Of a DNA stretch of 64,000 bases, positions 41,310 to 53,231 are shown one piece after another. This stretch comes from Phoronis australis. Lineage: Eukaryota > Animalia > Phoronida. Within the stretch, counting starts at the first letter, position 1. The number at the start of each line of letters is the position of its first letter. The position numbers and the translations under genes were made by a program. The stretch lies in contig NMRA01000141.1 in the NCBI GenBank assembly GCA_002633005.1, forward strand, positions 297,609-361,608, written 5' to 3'. The notes beneath the pieces were generated by a model. The model was not told where the DNA came from. It saw nothing but the letters and a program-made list of their open reading frames with translations, and ran no database searches.

Positions 41310-44300
41310 TCCCATGAGCCTTCGCGAAGGAAGTAACTCGCACATGCGCAATGCGTAATTCGTCTGCGCTGCAAATCCGCTATTACTACATAGTGGTTCA
41401 TTAATTTAAAAAGAGAGGAATTAATCCCACTCTCAGACCTCCATTGTTTGATTAAGTTATCTTCACTAACTTATATTTTTTTATATCGGTTGGGATCGAA
41501 ATCCTCCTACATTATCACATATGAATACATGAGGGCGCGTGAAAAATGTGTATGTTTACAGCTAAAGCCCCATTTTTACTGACTTTTTCAACACACAACA
41601 AATGTTGCCTCAAATAACAACTTCCTTAAATACTCCAAAACACATGCCTTTGTTTTGGTGTCTGATTGACAGAATTATTTTGCAAAAAATACCCTGGCAA
41701 ATTCTAAAAATATCACATCTCAGATGACATGAAACAAACATAGATCACAAAAGCTGGTTATGGTCCTAGCATCACAGGAATGTGATAAATGTTCTATAAA
41801 TAACTTTAAACATTCTGTGCTACTGTTAACTAGGTCACAGCTGATAGACACACCAAGATTACAGCAGTGCCATCTACAATGACAGAAACAAACTAAAAGG
41901 CAAAGACATGGTCCTAATAGAGAGCAGATGGTTCCACCTACTCTGGTTCAGGATTGGTCATAAAACATTGTGTAACTTAGCAATGAAGGCTGACCTTCCA
42001 AACAAGGGCACAGTTTTTAATGTCTGAATAGAACCAGAATTTAAGGTATTCGTTACCTTTATAAGTTGGTGAGAGAGGGGCTCCTAGTAATTTAATCCTT
42101 CAATGTATTCATGCAGTGTAAGAAATTTACTTGGCAAGTCAACACTAGCCCATTGTTTTGCAGTTCCTAGAGAGCAGACCCATGGTCTAGCAAGACACGC
42201 CACCTGGTGACTCCTATACAGGTGCACTGCTGCTTTACTAGTGCCTCCTACAAGATCTCAAACTTCCTCACTAAATACAACACTATACCACGAAGTAAAC
42301 TGCCTGACCATGCTATCTTTGATATACCTTCAATGTTTACAAGACGTAATGAGCACGCTTTATTCATGCTGGCCCCCAGCCAAATACAATGACAAGGTAA
42401 AATATTCTCCAAAACAAATTTCTGTATTCCGCACTCTTGCTCTTCACAGCTGTGAGGTAAGACTATATTGATAGTACAAAGGTGCCAATGGCGAGATGGG
42501 CTTCACCGTCTTTTGTCCTTCAGAACCGTCGGGAAGGGCGAAATGTGACATCCCACATCCATGGATATTCATCTACCTATTCCCACTTCCTTGAATATGG
42601 ATTGCAGCCCACAGCACATCACCAATACTTTGCCGGCATGATTTACATATGATATAAAATGTAAAGTATTCATAAAACAGATGGTAACATGGCTCACCAT
42701 AGAAGCGAAAGCGAGGCTGCTGACCTGGCTGCCATATCTGGAGGGGTGCCATATCTGGAGGGGTGCCACTTTTTCGTACCTCATGGCACGGGAAAGTGAT
42801 CAATGCGGATGGTGACAACCTATAACGCACCAATTTAGAAAAGCAATGGTAATACCATGTTTTGAATATCTAAAACTGCAAAGGTCGAAGCGTCCACACT
42901 ACTTTTAAACCTAGTGACAGGACATTCCAGGAGTAACTTGTTCTAGGGTATGGGAACTGCAGAGTGGTTGGAACTAAAGATTCATTGTTAGTTGACTTCT
43001 AAACACATTGACTACCTAAGCTGACCAGCAGGGGTCCACTAAGGTATTTAGAAATACATTACCAGTTCTCCCACAGGAAGTACAGATAACAACAGTCTCA
43101 TTATCTAGGTAGAAAAAATAACAACAAACCTTTTTGACATCCATTGCTGACAACTCTTGCATACAACGATGGTCTAAAAAAACCACTGAGGTTAAAAGGA
43201 CAATTAGTGAACAAATCTAGTGATCAGTGACCTCGACCTAGTTTGAACAAGGGTTTACTTCACAACACTACTTTGTTGCTCCTATATACCCAGTGGATGG
43301 CCATTAGATATGTGTTTTGTGGTGGCCTATTGAAAGGCAAAACCAACACGAGTCTTTTGTTGATGCCTAACACAGTGAAATGTAGAGAAAAGTAGCCATA
43401 GAATAACCAACAGATGAGCACAATGGACCAGTCCCACTGAGGTGAAAGGTTATTGATTTTATAGGTCAACATCCTACAGGGGCCCCCACAACTGAAAGAC
43501 TGAATGACTCATCATAGTGTTTTTTTGAACTATCATGACATCCAGGGCAAAAACTACAAAGATATTTTCATTTCTTTGTGCTTTAAACATCATCCAGCAA
43601 TTTCTTCTGTACTGCATTAGGAAAACTGATTTCGAGCTTGAAATGAGCACCGAACAAAATCAGAGCTTCAATCGGTATGTTTACTAAAGTGCCACCTATA
43701 GTTTGAACCAGTGCAGGTAACTTCAAGTAGTACAAGCAGTAACTAACCATATAGCACAAAAAGACGAAAATCAGGAAAAATTCACAAAGGCAAGAAACTC
43801 CTACGGTAAGACTCAATTTTGTGAAAAATTCTGAAGGACAAAAACAACATTTTAGAAATGTATAGTACGAATGAATGTTTTTCGTCGTATAATTAGATAG
43901 ATGTGAAGAAACTTTGAATCGATGATTAGAAACAAGTAGCCTACTTGTGTTAGTTACATAGAGTACTCCTTCCATGGACTTCAGATTGTGGAGCCAGTCA
44001 CCAGGTGGCAGAACTGTCTCGTCAACACGTTGGCTCACCAACAACTGCCACACGACATGCTGCGCAATTCGACGACATTTCGCTAACATAGCTATGCAGA
44101 AAGAAAACTTACGTAACGAGGAAGCAGATAGTTATCAAAAGCAGAAATGGTCGCTTGGCATTGCTTTTGATGTCTGACATTACGAGACAAAATCATGTTT
44201 TTTCACCTCAAAATATTGTACATGGTTACATGTGGAGATAATCTGACTGGATCTAAGTAAGATAATGCGGTAGAGAAGGGTTATGAAGTAAATGATCGAG

Positions 44301-45635
44301 TATTGTCTTCTGCCTAAAGCTCCACCTAGTGGGCACACCTTCAGTAGCCACACTGAAGTCCTTGAGAAGATGACATGATGTCTCTACAACTTCCACGAAT
44401 TTAAGAAACCTGATGAACATGTATTGAAAGTAAAATAACAAAACTGAAAAAAATCGTGTGAAATGGACACACTACTTATAAACACTACAGTTAGCAGCAT
44501 ATTAAAGAAGTCTAAATTGGCGAGAAAACCAGACAGTTAAACACACTTCTTTGCACAACTAGACCATATTGTGGAATTCGTCAAATAAAAATAACTTTTA
44601 TCCCTAGATTTTACTGTCACCACAAATCCAGTTCATTCTGGGCTCAGTTTGTTGCCAAATAAGCATACGACGATGGAAATTTCTCATCCTCTCAAGCCGT
44701 CAAACTCTCGAGCCTTTTTCACACTCTCAAGCCCGTGCACCTCGTATCCCAATCCCAGGAACACTAAGGGCCAGCGCAGACAGAGAGCTACACGACTCGA
44801 ACGCAAATGAACTCAGCTCATAGCTCCCATGTATGCGACAATATGAACCAAAATGACTTTGCCTCATGAGACAGTGAGATGAATATCTCGCTCATTGGGT
44901 TAAAAATTGTAAATCCTCACAGTATGCGTGCAAGCTGAGCCAAGTGGTTCACTGATTACTATCGGTACGGTAGTTCATAAAAATTAATAACTGACAACTA
45001 CAAATTTCTTTCCCTAGGTCATTAGAAGCTGTGTACTACAATTATGTATAACAATTATGTTGTTTAAAAGGAAACTAGTTCAGAAGTCAGTGAGCGTTCA
45101 CCTCATCGTAAGAGGATAACAATGATGCAAGATCAATTTCACTTGAAACACAAGGCTCAGGTCATGTAGCTGTACACCAACGGTGCCCCTTTACTAAAAG
45201 CATGAATACCAAATATGGTTCAGGATTGGACATGTTGCCTCTCATTCCTACTTGGCTACGGTAACAACAACTATGCCATTGAAACCCTGGTCACTTCATT
45301 GTTGTTAGACAACATACCGTGGACAGGACCCCTTCCACAATGGCCATTCGTGTACCTTACTGACAAAATGCAGATTCTTGAAACTTGAAAATAGATAGAC
45401 AAATCGTGGAGTACAAGGCCTAATAAGTGGGCAGTTGGAAAATTTAGCACATTAAAAACTATGAGTAACTTAGTATTCAAGATGCCAATAAATAGACACC
45501 AGATTTTAACGTCATTGAATCTTATAGCAAGTGCTTGATTGTTCAACAAATCAAGTTTCTACCAAGAATTTTAATCTTGTACGAACTCCTGCGTTGTAGT
45601 TGAACAAATAGCTTGAGAGATGGACAACTGCATGC

Positions 45636-47125
45636 AACAAGAGCAACGCGGAGCGTTGAAATGCGAACACGAATGCATCGCAAATGGTGTGCTTTTAGGG
45701 TTATTTATTTGTATCATAAAAATGGCCACCCGATGACGCAAAAACGTACAATACATACAAATACAGCTATGGATGCAAAACAAAAACAGAGGTACCACTA
45801 GGAGGCGCCACAGTAGTCAGTCGTCATCATCAAACTTCCTCTTCACACTGAGAACATTTCAATTTTCAAAACCATCCCGAAAAGGATTTGGTTGACCAGG
45901 GTTTGAAAACAGCAAAAATGGCCACTAGGAGGCGCAAAATATCTAGATTCCACCCAAAAACAGGAGCAAAGCGTCATCTCTTCAATAGATGCCTATATTC
46001 AAAGTTTTATGAAAATCTGTTTTGGACCTTTAAAGATACAGAGGTAAACGTAAAAAACTAAAATTGCCACTAGGGGGCACACCAGTGGTCAAATCAATCC
46101 GAAAGTCATTGTTGTTCGTTGTCAACATCATATAAATACACTTGCTAATCAAGTAAAGATCCTGCAAACGGTTTAGGAAATACAGCCATGAGCGCAAAAA
46201 AACTGCCAACAGGAGGCGCCACAGTAATCGAAGTTGGAAAATCATCGTCAGCCATAAAACATACATGCTAATTTTCACAATTATCCTGAAAGCGGTTTGG
46301 TTGATAGACGAGTGGACGCCAAAAAACAGACTTGAAAACAGTAAAAATGGCCACTAGGTTGAACAAACTAGGTCGAATCCATCTGAAAATGGAGAGATGG
46401 CGTCACTTCATTAACAGATGCCTGTATGCCAAATTTTATGAAAATACGGTACATTGAGGACCTTTGAAGATAGAGAGGTAAACGTAAAAAAATAAAATTG
46501 CCACTAGGTGCCACACCAGTAGTCAGAACTGTCTGATAGTCGTCATCCTGCGTTATTATATAAATCATATAAATGCACATACTAAATTTAGTAAAGATCC
46601 TGCAAACGGTTTAGGATATACAGCCATAGGCGCAAAAAAAACAAAATTGTCACTAGGAGTAGAAGTAGTTGAAGTCGTCGGAAAATCATCATCAGCCATC
46701 CACTTCGCAATCATCCTTTGAGCGGTTTGGTTGATGGAGGGATGGACGCCAAAAAACAAACTCGAAAACAGTAAAAATGGCCAATAGGTGGCGCAAAATA
46801 CCTCGAATCTATCCAAAAACGAAAGGATAGTGTCACCTCATTCATAGATGCCTATGCGCCAAATTTCATGAAAATCGGTTGAGGACCTTTCAAGATACAG
46901 AGACAAATATAAAAAATAAAATTGCCACCAGGGGACACAGCAGTATTCTGGTCGGTCCGAAACTCGTCGCCCTCTGTCGTCAACCCCATAGGAACAAACC
47001 TGCCAAATTTCAGTAAGATCCTGCAAGGGGTTTAGGAGATACAGCTGCGGATGCCGGATGCCAGACACCCAGACAGAGATGACGGCAATATGCACCCACA
47101 TATAAATATATTGGCGCATAAAAAG
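45636..47125 (+). mobile_element. Non-autonomous Helentron/HINE-like element with internal tandem array (~140 bp monomers in ~430 bp trimers)
   Basis: Starts aacaagagcaacgc-gga-gcgttg (hairpin); monomers marked by ccactagg-type cores at 45795, 45922, 46067, 46206, 46351, 46501, 46650, 46781 and 46925; ends with a gaca-like simple repeat, a hairpin and an A-tract. Both ends match the copy at 23513-24735. Family assignment is by architecture only. Confidence 0.65.
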
Positions 47126-48805
47126 CCTGTATTAGAGGTTTAGAATAAGCATTTCTATGAGAACAACTGTGACTCCTCGACCCAGAAGATGGGTACTCAA
47201 ATTCCAAACCCTAAGGTCCAGGTGATACTTCTGATGCATTGCTGAACTGCACAGAATCCAAAACAATCAGATATATTGGCCCCTGGGAAATGGAGAGAAC
47301 CACAGACATGCAACCACAACCCACAACCACAACACCAGGTATTACACATACCCACTCACCCCTTCTTTAAATAATGGATTGTCCCACTTATCATCAGACA
47401 TCTCTTATGCACACATGTGTCTCTACACTAAAATCACTGAAGTTTTGGCAAAATGCCAAGGGACGTGGAGGCACAACCATCTTAAATGTAAAGTTGACAC
47501 TCAGAAAACAAAATCACAATCCTACTTAGGACTTAGAAATCTAAATAATTTCAAAAGTGCATCACCCATCATCAAGCATTGACTGGACTTGTTGAACTTG
47601 ACCTTCCAAGTGTACACTAACAATACCCTTGTTTTGTCAAGCAGAGTAAATTCAAGCTGACAGGTGATCAAAGTATTGAATATTTACATCATAATTCAGT
47701 GGAAAGGTGGCGCCCCTTTCATGTCAGCAACGCAGTCATTTACCAGCCGCTGTATATGAGCCGTGAATAAGAATATAAAATGTAGTCATCAAAATCTCAC
47801 CCTCAGGCAGAAAATAAGAGGGAATGAGTAAAGCTGTCCAATATGATGTACAACTGGGTTCATATCCTCGTATCCAGGGTGGTTAAAAGGATACCAAACC
47901 TGGCTATGGCCTATTAACACATACTAAAAACTTCCCATCCAGATCTCTGAAACAAAAAATGCTCTGTAACTCTCAACAACCCTCAAAAGTTTGCGTGGGA
48001 GGAAAATTCGAAAACTACTTTCAAAGTCCGCTAAACAGTCAAGCGTGATCTACACTTTTAGCAAATTACACAGAAACTGTGGGAATAGACCACCTAGGAC
48101 CATGAGTTTTTGGTTGATTCCTGCCTTGAAGTTGAAGACTGACGCCAATGATGCATTAGCAGGAGACAGAACGAAGACTGGCGGAAATCGTCAAAACAAG
48201 GTTTAGTATCCTTTAAAATGAAGAAACTACAAAACCAAGGTGTTGGTATACAGCTTGGCGCTACAAAACCATGGTCATTTAGCCACAGATAGCACCATAA
48301 GAGAGAAAATTCAGAAACAGCGAATGATATTCATAATACCAGGGATTGCAATGTGTCAAAAAACATCTGGGGGCCTGTCATCTAGGTGTAAATAGTAACA
48401 CAGCACTTGATACAAATAACCGCACCTTAATTAGTCATTTTTGCAAGACTGACAGCAACAGAAAGGCCGCTCTAGTCATGAACCGAACTCTCAACAGTAA
48501 CAAATTAAAATCCAGACAGAGGAAACAGTCAACAGAATATTCCAATTTATCTCCAAAAACTCCTAATTACTCTAAGAAGTCGTTAATTTTAATTCCATGG
48601 CAGCTTAAATGGCAAGCTACTAGAAATGAAATACTGAAAAAAATGTTTCTATGGTAACCACAGAGTGGATACGTTTCATTTTATGATACCTATCCCAACA
48701 ACTTGTCTTATCATTGAATGCATGGGCATGAGTCAAACTAACAGACAATACAGGCAGACAAAAATGAAAGGATGGGACGGAAACAATAATTTATTTTGAA
48801 CTTAC

Positions 48806-48829
48806 GTCAAATTCTCCCCAAGTCCGCAT
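48806..48829 (-). CDS. Possible very short first exon (MRTWGEFD), phase 0
   Basis: GAC|gtaagt donor after 8 codons, at the end of a locally GC-richer stretch (48810-48950); compatible with acceptor 25826. Weak start context; could be chance. Confidence 0.2.
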
Positions 48830-50874
48830 ACATCATTTCAGATTCTACGAAAACTACCAGTGGAAGTACACCTCCCCCCCGCGCTTCTGACAATCTTGCA
48901 ACGAATTGACACGACACAGGCGTGTGCTCCGAAGACCAAGAACTTCATGGAATGGAAAGGCATGATCATGCGAGACTTCATGAAATATTGTCATGTAATA
49001 CGTCAAAGCACTGGATCACACTAGCTTAGAGATTCTTGCATCTACGGAAACTCTACCCAGAATCCACCTATGACCCCCATAACTCACGCACTTGACTGCA
49101 GGCTGTTCAGAATTCCACAAGCTATCACCTCCTGCCAGCTAACTCTGAACAGATAACTCGTAAAACATGTATCAATGTTACACCCATAACAAACATGTTG
49201 CCCAACAAATACTGAATGGCTTTCTTACACAGGCCTGTTGTCAATGGGATATCAAATGCATACAAAGCATCAACTCACAAGACAATTTGTCATTCATCCA
49301 AGGCAATGCTAATAATTGATTTTACATCAAGATGGTTATGAGAAGCTCTGAAAAATAACATCCACTAGTTCAGGCTACTCAAACGACATGGCTGTCATAT
49401 TCAAAATCAGAATTTCTTCAGTTAGGAACATGGCTAACAATTCTGGTAAACTCAATGCACCAACCTAACCTACAAACATGGCTCACTAACCACACGAAAA
49501 CACTATCCTAGACTCACAAAATAGCTAATGCACCCAAAAGCACAGCCCGGAAACAATTTTTTTATCCGTAAACTGTCACTACATTTGATATTTAAACCCA
49601 CTTCACTGGGTCCACGAGCCATGTTTGTAAATGAGAAACTACGATTATGAGTGCTGCAACAGAATTGTTTAGGCAGCCTTAAGCTTGGGTAGCCTGAACT
49701 TAATTGGACATCCAACAAATCGTTTTCGAGTGACAATCTTTCTACAATGGAGGAAATTAAACCCAAATAAAATAGAGCGTTGACAACACGGTCCAACAAG
49801 TTTCCACAATAAGTGGAGCTTCAAGTTTCAAACCCTTGCATTAACCAAGCTATCTACTGCGCTATTTCTCCAAGGTCGGTCTCCAAGACTACAACTTTTC
49901 AGTTAACACAATAGCCACAGGAACAGAGGAAATCACTGCCATTTGCTCAACAAACATGTAACCACGATAATTTTCCTACACATTTCCACCACATTAAATT
50001 ACTTGATAAATATTCATGCTTTTTTGCAGCTCTTAAACACTGACTGATCTCTGCTGGAACTGATCCAGCACTCCCGCAACTTTAGATGTACTCAGCCAGA
50101 AAGATCACCAAAGTGAGTAATGTGCAGTTGCGCACCACCATTCAGTGTCAGGATGCAAATGAAGACTGATTTAGCATGTACTAATACAGCGATGCGATGC
50201 GGGTAGCCTCTCTCTAGCACTACATAACTGCAACCATCATGACAAAGCATCCTGAAGGAGGTAATCCATCAACCAGTAGAATTAGTATAATTTCTTCAGA
50301 AGGTGGCAGGCAAATTGTTATGTAACCAGACTAGGACTGAAAAATGTAGGACTCCACCCTTGGGTACAGTTATCAGTACTGAAAAGCAAGGTAACACAAC
50401 TTAGATTAGGTGACATTTTCAGAACTTGCTCGCTGCGTCGCAAGATTGAGAAGCTGGCGTTTTTATAAAAATCGACTAAAAAGGTTAAAAAACTATTGCA
50501 ATAACATTTGTCAAATTGTCCAAAAAGGCCGCCTTCAAGGGGTTATTCCCCATTAACAAACCAATTTTTGTTTCCCAGTCACTGCTAATTTATCCTCATA
50601 CATAAAAGATTGCCTCATTAAAGCAACATTTCACCATGCCGCGGATCTACCAACATACTCTTCGTACAATCATAGCCAACCAATGATGACGAACTTTCAT
50701 TTTTCAGAATGCAACCTTGGACTTTGTTTGGCGACCAGGGGCTAATCCTTATATTCATTTTGATGTTTTGGACCCAGTCAAATAAAATTATAACGCCTAC
50801 ATTAAAAACAATAATAACAATGTGGCCAGATTTGTGTAGTGCTGTAAATTACTAACAAAGCGGGTCAAAAATTA

Positions 50875-50940
50875 TTACCTGGCTACGGACCCGGTCAATC
50901 TTAATCGTTCTCAACTCCCCGGGAGCATACAATTGCCAGA
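50875..50940 (-). mobile_element. Possible SINE core fragment
   Basis: Minus strand gtatgctcccggggagttgagaa resembles a core I recall from marine-invertebrate tRNA-derived SINEs; no tRNA head is visible. Confidence 0.3.
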
Positions 50941-53112
50941 GCATACCGAATAATCCTAACACATAATTTTACAAAATTTCAAGAGCTAAATTGCTTCCGT
51001 GGCTACTTGAATCAGAAAAAAATCCAAAACCTGCGTAAGTTTTGAAAATGTGACATGACAGCATTTCAGTTCCTAAATGTGGGTCCAAATTGTGCCAGAA
51101 TAGTATTTAAGACCCTATATGGACCATTTCATTCAACCAGCCACTAGTTTTGTATCCCGCATATGGGGGTTTCCTTGTTTTGGCGAGATTATTACCCATC
51201 TGGCAACCTGAGAACTTTTCTCAGGTCAGCTTTGGCAAGTTAATATAATGCTAAGTACTTGAGCCCAGCAATTTATCATTTCCTATTTTCCAAATGCTAT
51301 AATAATATGAACTTATATTTTATTTCTGTTCCTAATTTATACAGTTAAATCAAATTCCGCTTATCCACCTTTTCACAAGGTGCAATGACCAAGTTAGTTT
51401 CCATGGTAACTACTGATAAAATTCTTAGAGCACCTGATCACCAACTTATTAACACACATCAACGAATAGCCAACAGAGAAAATACAGCTACACCCTAACA
51501 AGATCGATAACACCTTCGGAAGTTTTAAATATATTGCTGAATGATTTAGAACAGTGACGACACAGGTAAACTGCATATGGCGGGAGATGAAAGACTCGAT
51601 TCATAACAAAAAAGCTGCGCCAGGTCATGAGGATGCAGTGGTTGGTCAAAGCAATGACTGGCCAAGACAAAGGGATGGTTGACAAAGTCAGATGCGGTGG
51701 TTAACTGAGTTCGACATGGTGGTTGACCAAGTCGACATGTGGTTCACCAGGCCAACTCGATGCCCAACCAAAATTGATCACAGCGTCACTTCGCGGTCAA
51801 AGTGGGCAGGAACAAGGATTCCAACCTTCACCGGAAGACACAAGCAAAAACAACTGCTAGCACACCTAAACAGCGCACCCCTGGTTCAGTCCTAAGGACT
51901 GACAACCCATTTAGCACAAAATTGTGAAAATTTATTACACAATATGGCAAACAAGTAAAATTTTGTTTTCATTTTTTTAATGAAAGATAAGAGGAACCAA
52001 ATAAATGCTAAACCATATTCAGGGTCTATGCCATGTCTATCTTCAGACAACATTTCTGGGAAATAGTGGACATTCAGAACAATATTTGAAGGGTTTGAAA
52101 AATGAAGACTAATTTTGGCAATTATTTTTGTCCGAAATTGGAGAGATTTTACCTTACTTTCATCATATTTAAATTTCAATCACAAGGTGTGAAACAATCA
52201 AAAATAATAACTTTCAGTTTCAAACAATGTTTCAACAAGTAAATGTGACATTGAAAACACTCACTTATGCTGTCAGCACGGTTGATTTCTCCCCACCGGA
52301 GCATGACCTGGCAAATCTGGATATCTCATAATAATTCCTGATCTGGCACAGAAATGTATCAGGTGCGTGGGTAATCAGTGGTGACTTCGGTATGACAAAA
52401 TGTGGTGTATTCTTTTTCCTGTTTTCTAAGTGTATTCTAGTTCCTTGGAATATTGGTCTTCGAAATTCCACAACCGACATGGATTTCCAAAACAGATGAT
52501 ATCCCATAGTTGCAAAGCTAAGTAAGTGCCCTTTTCATTGGTCAGTCATTCAAAAACTAAATTCAATTGACCAATCATAAAAAGGAAAGCCTGATATAGA
52601 AATTAAACTGTACGGTTGTTCTTGGCATATGACTTATTGGTCATATCTTGCGTTCTTGACTATTTCCATCATTTACTGGTTTTCTGCCTTAATCATCGCC
52701 AATCTGTTGCTTCCAATAGTTTCGCTCTTATTATCTGGTTGCATTTTAAAAGCAATACGCATCGACTTTCAGCTACTAAAAAGTACGTACAATGCGAGAA
52801 AATCCGTAACAGCTGGCAGTCCTGAAATCCTGTTCACTACAATCGATCTCTACTGTAAAGCCTAGTTTGAAGTTAACAAAGGGGTGCCTTGAATCTTTAA
52901 CTGGAGTACCCCTTGCAAGTCAAACAGGAAAGCAAGATAATATGCCTTGCAGTTATCCAACACTGCTTTGTCATGACCAGACTGTATGTTATTCTGAAGA
53001 GAAAGTTTTGATGAGCTGTAGCAGGCACATGAAAGCAATATACAGTGCTTTTAATGGCTAGGACAACAGCTGTTCCTGAAACCATATATAAGACAAATGA
53101 CATGTTCTCAGC

Positions 53113-53231
53113 CGTTATCCCCCTTATCTAGAGCCCTCGTAGATTTTGGAGAATTATCACCCTCGGGGCTAACACCCCTCGGGCGATAATTCTCCAAAAT
53201 CCACGAGAGCTCTAGGTAACGGGGGATAACG
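53113..53231. repeat. Long imperfect palindrome (~56 bp arms, 6 nt loop)
   Basis: cgttatcccc..attttggagaattatcaccctcgggg-ctaaca-cccctcgggcgataattctccaaaat..gggggataacg. Confidence 0.9.

Noticed and set aside
43583-44089. 168-aa minus-strand ORF
   Set aside because: No recognisable domain, intron-like composition and no convincing splice signals.
40629-44180. Short ATG-to-gtaagt segments near 40630-40670 and 44113-44180
   Set aside because: Both end in phase 2 and I found no phase-2 acceptor in the exon chain.
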